From NCBI GenBank assembly GCA_054600435.1, contig BAAIJX010000027.1, positions 186,001-250,000 on the forward strand: 64,000 nt of DNA, given 5' to 3'. Positions 1 to 11,519 of the stretch are shown in pieces (position 1 is the stretch's first letter; each line of letters starts with the position of its first letter). The notes beneath the pieces were generated by a model. That model had not been told where the DNA came from and searched no databases. It was given only the letters and a program-made list of their open reading frames with translations. Made by a program: the position numbers and the translations under genes. The DNA is from Neophaeotheca triangularis (lineage: Eukaryota).

Positions 1-56
1 GTATGGAGAGGGAGAGGGAGTAGGAGAGGGGGAGGGGGGGAGAGGGAGATACATAC

Positions 57-170
57 GCCAAGACATCGCTTTCTGCAACTCGAGCCATCTTGGTTCTGTA
101 GAGGACAGACGACCTCGTTGTTGGAATCAGAGACGGAGAAGGAGCCGGTGAGGGAAGCTCTGGGAGGCAT
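57..170 (-). CDS. First exon of a conserved Pezizomycotina Cys/His-type putative transcription regulator (possibly RfeD-like); the gene runs off the left edge
   Basis: ATG at 170 gives MPPRASLTGSFSVSDSNNEVVCPLQNQDGSSCRKRCLG (38 codons), followed by a GTATGT donor at 56. The peptide resembles an N-terminus I recall as conserved in filamentous ascomycetes; the family name is uncertain. Confidence 0.7.
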
Positions 171-504
171 GACTGCTACGGCCAGCCTAGACAGCCTTTT
201 GCCAATGGGGCGGAAGGGCGTGACCACGGAGCGCACTGACGGCGGCGGTGGTGGCGGACGAGGTGGAGAGCTCTCGTAAAGGTAGTAGTGGTGGGTTGGT
301 AAGGATAGCTTGAATCTGCGACAGAGAGAGAAGGAGAGAGACAGGGCGAGCGGCAAAGCAAGCAAGCTGTGAGGCTGAAGCTCGCCCTAGGCCGGGACTC
401 GCAGCGAGGGGTGGGCGGGCAGGCAGCAGTAGGGTTTGGGGGACAGCTACTGCTTGCTACCGAGGGAGGAGGTGAGGTAAGGTGAGGTAGGAGGTGAGGT
501 ATAG

Positions 505-850
505 TCAGGTAGGTAGGTAGGTAGGTAGGTAGGTGGGATGGAATAGGCGGAGCCGGGTTTGTCGCGTGGAGCTAGAGGTGGGTGTGTGGGTGTCTCTGAC
601 TCTCCGTGTATGCGTATGCGTATGCGTATGCGTGGAAAGCCAAGGGAGCTTTTGCTTATCGTTTGGCAGTAGCCCAAGTGATTAGTAGTGAAGCTCGAAC
701 AGCTAGCTATACAAGAGCTGTCTGTGGTGAGCTGATCCGAGCCGAGCTGAGCTGAAGCTAGAAGCTAGAAGCTAGAAGCTAAGTTAAGTACTGGGGGATA
801 CGAGTATTGATGGTGGCAGTAGTAAAAGTAAAGTAAGGTAAGGTAAGGTG
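505..850. repeat. Cluster of microsatellites: (GGTA)n ~508-533, (TGCGTA)n ~606-632, (GCTAGAA)n ~757-782, AAGGT/AAAGT repeats ~825-850
   Basis: Directly visible tandem repeats upstream of the exon at 57-170. Confidence 0.9.
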
Positions 851-1645
851 GGACAGTGGTAAGGACAACGACGACGAGGTTCAGTAGTAGTGGGCAGTAG
901 TGGTGGGCAGTAGTATTGGAAGTCAGTCAGTGGGTAGAGAGGGAGGATGCGCAGGTGATGTGGATGAGGGAGGGGTCTTTGATGGTGGGGTTTTGCGTGC
1001 ACGGACCCATGTTAAGTCCTCAGTCTCTGTGCAAAGACGATTACCTACAACTCCCTCCTAACTATCACAGGTCAACAGTGTAAGACTATACCTATTAAGG
1101 TATTGATGGTGTATGGCCATTTCAATAATCCATCTTCATCCATAGTACTACCTAGGTATGTATGTACTATGACTGAGCATTATTAGCGAAAAGCTACTGC
1201 GGGTCCCTTGCTCACTACTACTACTAGTTATTCAGGTAGAGACATTTATCTTATCGAAGAAAATAACTTAATGCGTTCAGTAATAACCGGTACCTAGCTT
1301 CTCTGGACTCCCATTGGTTGTTGAGTCGGGTGGTGCATCTCGAACATGACGGAACTGGCGCCAAGGAAGTTGTAGGCTTCCTTTCGTCTCGACTTGCCTC
1401 CCGAATCGATTCCATCAATTGATCTTCACACCCGTCGAGCACTACCTTACCTTACGCCATGCTTGCTCTCGAACATACTAATGTTACACCTCGTACCACT
1501 GCCCTGCCCTCCATATCCTGCTGTCACTCACTACAACACTCCTCCATTCATCATGTCCAGAGCCGGCAGTACCGCCCTTTCCCTCGTTCCTGCCTCAAAG
1601 TCAACCCTCGAGCTCGGTTGATCTGGCTCGTCGACGACTACTAGC

Positions 1646-2791
1646 ATGGCCTTGACCGTCAGGCATCTCAATGCCGACACCACTTTTCTCCTCACCTTCT
1701 CGCCCTCCTTTGCACCCGCAAACAAGGTTGCCCAATTTCCCGGCTCATTCACCATCCTCATCGATCCCTGGCTCGTCGGTCACTCGTCGATACTACACCC
1801 TTCCTTTCAGATATCCAACCACACAACAGCACCCTCCGTCGCCTCAATAACGGATTTGAAAGAGCAGCCAGATTTGATCCTCGTCAGTCAGGACAAACCC
1901 GACCATTGCCACCGAGAGACACTATGCTCGTTGCCGAAAGACACGAACATCAACATACTAGCCACGCCGGCGGCGGCTAAGATCATCAGGTCATGGAAGC
2001 ACTTTGAAGCCGAGCGCATACACGATCTCGAAGTCTGGGACGAGAAAAGCCCGGAAACTATTGTTGATATCACTCTCCCTGGATTTTCTGCAAATTGTGA
2101 GGACGGTCTTGTCACTATCGCTAGCCTGGTAACGAAGCGTGATGTGACCGGCCTGCACAATGCCATAGGCATCACCTACCGAGCACCGAGCAGCCTCGCT
2201 CGTAACGCGAACGGAGACTTTGTCGATATCCTCGACACCTCACATACCGAAGAATCGAGGGCTTCGTACGCCTGCCGGCCGAGTATCATTCGAGCCGAAA
2301 ATGGAACGCGTGACTTGCAGAAGCATGTCGATGACACAGGAAGCCGCGCAGACTCAGCAATTGATTCCGCGTCTGGACGGAAGCCGAGGCAGACTACTCT
2401 CAGCGTACTTTACACCCCTCATGGACTATCATCCGAACTCGTCACGCCTTATGCCGCCCAGCATCTGACACCATTGAAGGCTTTACCTCTAACCGCACTG
2501 TTTCACAGTTTGAACACCGAGAACAACGCGTGGTTCATGGGTGGACAAGTGGTCGCGGGCGCGCCCGGGGGTGTTGAGCTAGCGAAGAAGTTCGGCGCGA
2601 AGCATTGGATTGGCGCCCACGACGAGGCCAAAGAGAACAAGGGCTTAGCAACACTATTTCTCAAGAGTCGAAAGTATGAGGCTGAAGAGGTTCAGAGCAT
2701 GTTGGAGAAGAATGGCAATGAGGTCGAGCAAGGATCGAACACAAAGGTTCACATGCTTGAGGCGGGGCAAGAGATGAGGATCGTGAGGTAG
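1646..2791 (+). CDS. Metallo-beta-lactamase-fold protein (fungal family)
   Basis: 381-aa ORF with LTVRHLNADTTFLL, ILIDPWL and ILVSQDKPDHCH (a variant of the HxHxDH motif), and a C-terminal WIGAHD. Confidence 0.75.
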   Translation: MALTVRHLNADTTFLLTFSPSFAPANKVAQFPGSFTILIDPWLVGHSSILHPSFQISNHTTAPSVASITDLKEQPDLILVSQDKPDHCHRETLCSLPKDTNINILATPAAAKIIRSWKHFEAERIHDLEVWDEKSPETIVDITLPGFSANCEDGLVTIASLVTKRDVTGLHNAIGITYRAPSSLARNANGDFVDILDTSHTEESRASYACRPSIIRAENGTRDLQKHVDDTGSRADSAIDSASGRKPRQTTLSVLYTPHGLSSELVTPYAAQHLTPLKALPLTALFHSLNTENNAWFMGGQVVAGAPGGVELAKKFGAKHWIGAHDEAKENKGLATLFLKSRKYEAEEVQSMLEKNGNEVEQGSNTKVHMLEAGQEMRIVR

Positions 2792-3482
2792 TGACTGAAG
2801 AGAGGTGAAACAGAAGGCATGAAGAGCGCCTAAAAGCATCACTAGAACGACTTGGAGTAACTTGGAAGCCAAAAAGGATCCAGGACCGGCCAGACGCACC
2901 AGTGACCCGAAGCCTAAATTCACTGAAACAGCAACGCGGTAACGACAAGGGCAACCTATTAATCGACGCATTGTGTTTTGTCCTCCGCGGAGGCTCCAGT
3001 CATACAGGGGACCAAGGATGCAACTATGCAACGTGCCCCAGGAAAGAGAGCTATTCCAATAGGACCTCTCGCGACCATTCAGATTCGCTCACGTGACAGG
3101 CTCCTGAGCGGCATTGCTGTGGTATCCGCTATAGATTCGGGACATGATTGCGTCGTTTCCCTCATCGATCTTTCTATAGCAGAAGCAAATGCGATTTCCA
3201 TCGACACGCGTCGTGCTCTGGTCTATACTGACGTGTCACTCTCTCTTCTCCATTACCCACGTTCCTGCGAGGCTTGGGGATGGGTTTGCTGCGTGGCCGC
3301 GCACTCCCTCATCAGTAACACTAGCAAGTATTGGCGTGACAGCGACCACGGTAGGTTGGTACCTACAGTCGGCGTAAATGAGCATCTTCTCCTTACCATC
3401 ATCATCACCTTCATCCCAATCCAAACCACACTTAGCTTTGCTGACCATAACCATCAACCATCAAACACCATTTCCACCTACC

Positions 3483-4435
3483 ATGGCCGACAAAGCCAAC
3501 GACGCTCGCATCGAGCACCTCATCGCCCGCGAGCAGACAAGCCACTCACAGCTTGCTTCCTTCCTCGACCGCATCCAGCAGACATCACCAGAGGACCTGA
3601 CCGCGGACGAACGCAGCCGGCTAGTAAACTTCGATCGCACCGCCATCCGCGAATGCAACGCCGAACTCACTCTCATGGAAAACGTTGAGGACCCGACGCC
3701 TGAGCAAAAGCGACTCGCCAAGGAGCTTGATAGGCTTGTCAGTCTTTTGGACGAAGTCGTTAGTAGGGCGCTGGTGCTGCGGGATGAGAAGCTGGGACCC
3801 GACTGCGAGGAGGCTGAGGTGGCGACTCAGGGAAGTGACACGCCTGAGAATGCCGGCATCGACGAGCCTCACCGTGTCCCTGGCGACCACCTTACGGCAA
3901 CAGACGACGCCGCGGGCAAATCCTCTGCAGCCGATCAAGTCGCGCCAGGCACCTCGCAACAGGTCAAAAAGGGCAACGCCGTCGACGAAATGGCCGCGAA
4001 GATCGCCTCCACCAACGTCCAAGAGGCGGCAGAGCCTGCCCTGTCCACGGGACCGCCCAAGCCGAGATGGACGTGGACCCGAAGGCTATCACTCCCCATG
4101 GAACGAGACGACAGAAAAGCAGGACCCGATCCCTTGGGACTCTACGCTGAACTTGAAGTCGCTCGCGATGCTCCGCTCTCAGTCATTCACAAGTAAGTTC
4201 ATTTCGGTCTTTTATATTTTTGAACAAGGCTAACTCTCGTTCAAGGGCGGTCAAGAAGAAGCTGATACTGATCCACCCGAATCGGTTCCCTGAGGAGTCT
4301 GATGAAGTTCGTTATGGCCGTTATGCTGAGTATAATATGAAATTTCGGGTTTTTGACACCCGTGAGGGTCGGGAGGATTATGATAGGATTAAGACTGTTG
4401 GGGATATTGATACTGTGATGAGGAAGTATCCTTAG
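3483..4435 (+). CDS. Hypothetical protein with a C-terminal J-like domain (HPN); intron 4193-4245
   Basis: GTAAGT...GCTAAC...AAG intron joins DPLGLYAELEVARDAPLSVIHK to AVKKKLILIHPNRF...FRVFDTREGREDYD, matching the J-domain pattern. An in-frame ATG also exists at 3378. Confidence 0.65.
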
Positions 4436-4628
4436 GGGGAGGGAGGAGTGAAATGCTACTCGGGTCGGGAGCGTTGCCTGGCAGGTGCAAATTTACTGCG
4501 AGTCAGGTGTGGGTTTGCTTAATGCGATGTCTTTTGAACGTGTGCAGTGTACCTAGCTCATCCGAGCAGAAGCTTTGTTGTGCTTCGTTCCATTTATATC
4601 CGGTTTATTCCTCTAAGCACAGGCTTGC

Positions 4629-5858
4629 CTACCGACTCTTCTGCGCGGGCGCCTCAAGGACTGCTCGACTGAATGTTGCGCTCAGCTTACCCTCCCTTTC
4701 CATCGCCTTTTTCCTCTGCGCGGCGCTGATGCCAGCTTTGTCAGTGATGGGCGCAGCGTTCATGATGTTGTCAAAGTCATCGTCGGCGCCGTTATCGATG
4801 TCAGACCCTGATTCCGCATCCGAGTCGTGCATGGGAGGCGGAACGGATTCGGTGGGAGGCAGGCGATCTGATGGCGCTGGATCCGGCTTCGAAGGGTTGG
4901 CGAATGGTTTGGAAGCCAAGACTCTCCGTCTGAGTTCCGCCATTTCTTCCTCGTCATCTGAAGGCGGCAGGTCGAATGGGTCCCTCTCCTCGTCTTCCTC
5001 GGTCGGACCAGCACTCGGTGAAGGCTGCTGGCCAGGCTTGGGACCACCTAGCTGAATACCACCCATACTGCTTGCATCGCTGTCATCGTCTTCATCATCC
5101 GAGCGACCGCTCCCCTCTTCGTCATCGTCATCGTCGTCTATGTCTAATGTCCTTCGGTTCATGTTGCCACCCTTCCACGCATCGCCCTTGGTGTCTTCCC
5201 GTTCTTGCCGGTCATTCTTCCACTCATCTTCAATCTTCGCCAACCACGCTTCCTCAGCCTTCTTCACCTCCTCCTCATCTTTGCACTGCGCATACCGTTT
5301 CAGTACAGCCTCGTTGATCTCCAAAAACGCAGCGCCATAGCTGAAAGTCGACAGTATGTCCTCTGCCCATTCAAGCTTCCCGCAAATCGCAAAGCAGGCT
5401 GCCAAAGCCTCGACACAGTTCAATCTCCAAGGTCTGCCATAGTTCGTGGGATTCGCAGCAATCAAGTAGGGCAGAAGGCGTGGGTTTGGGCCCCCAATCC
5501 TAGAAAACGGTACTTCTTCGATTCTCTTCCAGCTCGCCTCCACCACCGCCGCCCCGTACTGCTCCAATATCGGGGTGTCGGCGGGACTCAGCAAAGTCTT
5601 AGCTTTGGGGCTCACAACTATGCCTTGGTGTTTCTGGCCGACGTGAAGCTCACGCATCAAACCCAAGCGCATTAGACGCTTGCCCGAGCAGCGTTTGGCG
5701 TCGCAGTGGTTGAGGTCCCAGGCGGCGGCTTTGTAGGCTGGTCTTCGGCCAGCTCCCATCCCATTCTCGCGGTCCGGATGGGTGTGCTGGGCGTGTGTTC
5801 GCGGCTTGTTGGAGCCTTTTTTGCCCTTATTGTTGACGTCCTTTTTGTGGCGGACCAT
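4629..5858 (-). CDS. TSR3: 18S rRNA aminocarboxypropyltransferase
   Basis: WDLNHCDAKRCSGKRL, LPYLIAANPTNYGRPWRLNCVEALAA, acidic C-terminal tail. Confidence 0.95.
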   Translation of the reverse strand: MVRHKKDVNNKGKKGSNKPRTHAQHTHPDRENGMGAGRRPAYKAAAWDLNHCDAKRCSGKRLMRLGLMRELHVGQKHQGIVVSPKAKTLLSPADTPILEQYGAAVVEASWKRIEEVPFSRIGGPNPRLLPYLIAANPTNYGRPWRLNCVEALAACFAICGKLEWAEDILSTFSYGAAFLEINEAVLKRYAQCKDEEEVKKAEEAWLAKIEDEWKNDRQEREDTKGDAWKGGNMNRRTLDIDDDDDDEEGSGRSDDEDDDSDASSMGGIQLGGPKPGQQPSPSAGPTEEDEERDPFDLPPSDDEEEMAELRRRVLASKPFANPSKPDPAPSDRLPPTESVPPPMHDSDAESGSDIDNGADDDFDNIMNAAPITDKAGISAAQRKKAMEREGKLSATFSRAVLEAPAQKSR

Positions 5859-6262
5859 GGCGGGACGGTTCGTAATTGAATCGAACTGTATGTGAGATGT
5901 TGGCAGTGAAACGTTCTATTTCACTCCAAGTATTGTAGAAGAGATTTTGTTGAATGCCGTGATATCTGTTGTCGAGGTGTACAGTTTACAGATAAGGTAT
6001 GGACCTATTTCCATTATTGTCGATGACACAGAGGGCAAAACGTCATTCCATTTTGCCCAGCTCCAGCACGAGCCCCAGATGTCCCACTACCAGCCAACTA
6101 CCACCAAGCGCGGAACCCACCCAGAGCACCAGAGCACCCACCCACGAACTTCACCTCCCCTCACCTCCCCTCCCTCTTCCGCTTCACGTGCTGCTGATGT
6201 CCTCGCTCAGACTTCACACCTAGGAACATCCCTTCCAATCCCCCCCCACCCCCCACACCACA

Positions 6263-8454
6263 ATGGAGGCGGCCTCCGCCAGACAGGCGACGCGCGACCG
6301 CTTCGCTTATCCAATGGAACCAGCCGTAACACCACTACAGCGCTATATCCAAAACGCCTGTAGCCCGGAGAACTTCGAGCCAAACCTCGCCCTGTGTCTT
6401 GAGATTGCCGACCTCATCAATGCGAAGAAGGGCAATGCGCCCCGCGAAGCCGCCATCACCATAGTCCAGTACATCAATCACAGAAACCCCAATGTTTCGC
6501 TGCTCGCTCTGTCGCTCCTCGATATCTGTGTCAAGAACTGCGGCTACCCCTTCCACCTCCAGATCAGTACCAAGGAGTTCCTCAATGAGCTCGTCAGGCG
6601 CTTCCCCGAGAGGCCGCCCATGCGAACCACAAGGGCTCAGAACCGCATTCTAGAATTGATCGAAGAATGGAGACAAACAATATGTCAGACCAGCAAGTAC
6701 CGCGAGGATCTTGGATTTATCAGGGACATGCACCGGCTGCTCAGCTACAAGGGCTATGTGTTCCCCGAAGTTCGGAGCGAAGATGCTGCTGTGCTCAATC
6801 CTTCCGACGTAAGTCTCATTGGCCCGCGAACGCCGGCCCAGCCAGAACGCTATACTTACTCACTTAATAGAACCTGAAATCGGCCGACGAAATGGAAGCC
6901 GAGGAGCGCGCTGCTCAATCCGCGAAACTCCAGGAACTCGTTCGCCGGGGCACCCCTCACGATCTTCAGGAAGCAAACAGATTGATGAAGATCATGGCCG
7001 GGTACGATACGCGGCACAAGACGGACTACCGCGCAAAGGCTGCCGGGGAGGTTGCAAAGATTCAGCAAAAGGCGAAGTTGCTTGAGGAAATGCTGCAAGG
7101 GTACCAGCAAGGCGACGAAATCAAGGAGGGCGATGTCTTTGAGGAGCTCGCGAATGCTTTGGCTAGCGCGCATCCGAAGATTCAGAGAATGTGCGAAGAG
7201 GAAAGCGACGATACTGAAGCCGTGGCAAAGCTGTTTGAAATCAATGATAGCATACACCGGACTATCGAGCGGTACAAGCTCGTCAAGAAAGGCGACCTTG
7301 CCGGTGCGAATGCGATCCCCAAAGGAACGCTGGGGACGAGCGGTGCGGGTGTCAAGAAGGGCGCCAACAACGAGCTTTCTCTTATCGATTTTGGGGGCGA
7401 CGGCGAGGAGGGCGACGCGGGAGCAGAGTCGTCTGGCGACATGCTGGGCAGTGAGCCAGCGGCTGCCAGCCAGCCAGCGGCGCCCGCGCCAAAAGGCAAT
7501 GCATTGGAGGATGACCTGCTCGGTCTCAACATGGGTGATGGCAACTACGGCGAAGGAGGCGGTATTTCTCTCGGGGCGCCTGCCGCACCAGGTCCTTCGT
7601 CCAACGGCGCGTCTACCATGGACATCATGTCTCAATTTAACCAGCCTGCACAGCAGGCCGCTGTCCCTAAGGCGCCCACGCCTTCAATCTTCACACAACC
7701 ACCGCAGCAGCAAACGCAGGCTCCCACCGCTGGGCCAAAGACTAGCTACGACCCGTTCTCCTCTTTATCGCAGCCAGCCAGCAAGCCTCAGACTCCTGTG
7801 CCCTCCATCTTTTCTGGCGGCCAAGGCGCGGTGCAGCACCAAGCCAAAAAGGCCGATCCCTTTGCAGCACTTGCTACGCCACCACGAGGAAACTCCCCAG
7901 CACAGTTCCAGTCGTCAACGAAGCCACCTCAGCAAATGGCCGGCGGTGCAAGCGCCGATCTGCTAGGAGGTGGTGGTGGCAACGGTGCAGCTGCCGACGA
8001 TGAATGGGCATTCAGCTCAGCGCTGCCGGATCAACCGACCGACATCGTTGTCACCAACAGCGCCATCAAGACCGTGTTTGCAGTCACAAGGCCAAGTGAA
8101 GCCGAGATCACCATTAGCAGTCGGATCACCAATTCGACTTCGCAGCCGATATCGGATCTGACTTTCCAGTTGGCCGTCACTAAGGTATGATATGATGCCT
8201 ATCACACTCCAAAACCAGTGGGTTGGGGACTCGACTAACCGTCTACGTCACAGGGCTACACCTTGAAACTTGAACCGCAGTCCTCGAGGACGCTGTCTCC
8301 AAACCAGCAGAATGGTATCACCCAGACTATGCGTGTGATGGGTGTGGAGAAGGGAAAGGGTACAAGCGTCAAGCTGAGGTGGCGGGCATCTTATGTGGTT
8401 CAAGGTGAGACGAAGAACGAACAAGGTGAGTTGGCTGGTCTGGGTGTGCCTTGA
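6263..8454 (+). CDS. GGA2: GGA clathrin adaptor (VHS-GAT-GAE); introns 6809-6870 and 8185-8253
   Basis: VHS motif LLDICVKNCGYPFHLQISTKEFLNELV; GAT motif KLQELVRRGTPHDLQEANRLMK; clathrin box LIDF; GAE ear; splice junctions restore the frame. Confidence 0.93.
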
Positions 8455-11400
8455 TCTCAGTTTCGAGCTCTCCCTCTTATGTAGTCGGGTCGAATGCCTT
8501 GACGGGGGGCTTGATGTTCATAATCACACTAGTGACACCAGAATTATCTTATCTTCCACACCTCAAGGCTTTTTGTCCATAGCGAATGAGCTCAAGATGA
8601 CTCTTCAGCGACGAAGTTATTGGAAAAGTAATTGTCAGACCTAGCGGTCCGTTATTACAAAGGGGGGCCTTTTCAGCTCTACAGTCCCGCGCAGCCTTTT
8701 GTTGTGTCAAGACACGGTCTCCCATCTCGAACGCCAGCTTAACCAATTGTAGGAGCGGCACTCGGTTCCTCGTATAAGGTGGTTGGCCAAATGCGACAAC
8801 ACCGACGAGGACGCTCATGCTAAGTCGCGAAAACCCACTGGTAGGCTGTTGAGAGACCAGCAGCACTTGCACTGTTTGCTTTGACACGTTACACGGTCAT
8901 GGATTTTAATTATTCCTCGGACGTAGCCTACCGTCAAGCACTAGAAGACCAAGCATACTTCGATCAGAGTTGTTTGCGGGACCTCTTCCATGCCAATCCT
9001 TCAACTTCATCGCCACTGTTTGTCCCTGCTCATTGCACGTTTGGTTTCTGGTCAAAACGAGGTTGCTGAGCATGTCATTGGTCTTATGCCGGTCAGACCC
9101 ATGCTCTCGGACGGGTATAGCGGTGCTTTAGGTGGTCAGCGAGATGCTAAACTGCACCAAAGAAGCTCGTCGATTACCAGGCAAGAGCTGCTTCACCGAG
9201 AGAAGGGAAGTGCTCCAGGTCAAATGCTGAGTGAGCAGTTTGCTGAGCACTTGAAGTGGTGCTGACGTCCTTCTAGTCGTCTAGCTTAAGGTTGGCAGTT
9301 TCTTCGATGCTTGTCCGACTTTCCGTCGCTTGACTAGACAATGCCCGCGGGCTACAGAAGCGTCCAGGGATATTATATCTCCAAGCTACCGTTACATACC
9401 TCCAGATGGTAGCCCTGGAGCTCCTTGGCTCCACTTCGATGCTAATGCCAAAGCTTGACTTCTAATTTGTGCTTAATGTTTCTGACAAGGCCGACGATTC
9501 CTCAATTGTCAGGTCTCAGCAGCAACAGTTACCACTGACTCGATCCGACATAACAACTCACAAGCTCAGGTAGATCAAACACACGACTAACAATACCGTT
9601 CAGTAGAATCGATGTTCATCTCGAGTCTGGACTTGAAACTAGGAGCAAGATGCATCTAGGGTTCGGGTTTGAGTGCTGCTAAGATGACACACATTGCATG
9701 TCTCGCTCGCAAGCTGAAAGGAACCCACAACCTACGCGGTTCAGTGTGGTAGTAATCGTGTGTCGTCGGGTTTTGAACGCAATCAATAATGTCCATGGCC
9801 GTCCGTTATGCTCATCATCTTGGACTACACCTCGGTCCAAGTTGATCGCCTTTGTGAGCACGAGGACAGCAGATCATCACAGACGACGTGTCAATGACCC
9901 ACCCGGTCCATACTTGCCTGGCACAACGTTTCCAACGACGGAACACGCAATGCTGCCCAAGTCTCGTGCGCTCCAAATCATATGATTATTGAAACCGAAG
10001 TCAGCGAGCGGTGGTTGCCGTTAGCGAGCCAAAGGAACCGCCGTTGTTGGAAGAAAACACCACCAACAACTCCCGTCCCTCCTCATAGCAACGATCCGCA
10101 AAAGCAAAAACCGCCCGGCTGTGGCTGTGCAATGTCCCTCCCTCATGGAAAGGTTCAAAGTTGAAAGTTTAAAGAAGAGATGGAGTCTGAAGATCTTCCA
10201 GGAACAGGCGGGTCGAGACTTTGGAATGATGTATTCTTGTGGCTCCTCAGCCAGCCCTACCATCATCACAGCCACCAGAAGAGAAGAGGGGGGTCGAGAG
10301 GCGTTGAGGTGTGGCAAAGGAGGAGCTAGCTTTGAATGTTGATCAGACTCAGAGAGGCAGACTTTGCCGCAGATCGCGACGCAGACTGTGGCTGCCTCGT
10401 TCACGCTCGTTCTTTTAGCGACTTAGCGACTTATTGACAGGGCAGTCCTCGTCACTGCTCGCATCTTCACGCCGAGAGTTCCATCCATGCCACCGCACAA
10501 GACAGTACAGCAGTAAGTACTACCGGCAACTGCTGCTAATCATGATCCGACAGCAGTGCCGTTCGCTTGCGGGCGACATCCGTCAGCTTCGGCCAGACCC
10601 AACCAACGTTAAGATGGCAACGGGGTGCCTGCAACATGGCATGCTAGTAGTAATAAGTAGTGCACATATAGGTACCTAGCTTCTACTCTGGTGCCGCCAC
10701 ACATGTCTCGGCGTGCCACCACATGGCTGTTTCAGGGCGATGGTGTGTGGGAGCTGCTACAGGGCGTCTGTGGCGCCAGGGAGCTGCCAATGCTTGATCA
10801 TGCGTGCCGAATCGCATGGCGTTTGCTGGACGCACGAATACGAAGACCGTTCGGGGGACTTGTAGGATTCCTTGGGCCCGTGAGCAGCTGGTGCGAGGGT
10901 GAGTGTGAATGCATGACCATGTCGCAGATCATTGGCCATCAAACGCGGCAACGTAGCTCAAATGACCTCGCCTCCAGTGTGGCATATACGTATACGTGCA
11001 AGTGGTGATAAGGCTTAGGTACAATCAGGACATGTTGCTATGAACGGGCTATCTTTCGTGCCCGGGTATCTTCGCGGTGCGCCTTGAACGAGTACAACCC
11101 AAACCCCAAACCCAAACGCCAAAGCCAGCACAGGCCGGAAAGTCCAGCCGTGGTGGAATCATGCCTGGTACCGACGGACCGTTAATGCTGTTGACGCGCA
11201 TCGGGGGTACTGGTGGTGTAGATGTGTCGCTCCTATGAAACTATTACAAGGAATGAAATGAGCTGCTAGTATCAAAGCAGCCATAGTCCCGCCAATAAAC
11301 CAGAAAGGGTATCTTCGATAGAATATAGGTGGCCTGATATCAAAGGCCTGGTATCTCGTTGCCTGCTGGAAATTAAGGCATGATATCAACTACTCCCAGG

Positions 11401-11519
11401 ACTGCACAATCTGTTGCCGTAGTAAAAACGTCATGACGTATCGTTCCATTCGTAGTCCAAGGGAGTGTGGTGGTGTTGATGTTGATGTAAAGGAGATGTC
11501 ACAACAGAAACTCGTGGTA

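Noticed and set aside
8881..11008. Short ORFs between GGA and the Grainyhead gene
   Set aside because: No recognisable domain or consistent exon chain; cannot be supported as a gene or transposon
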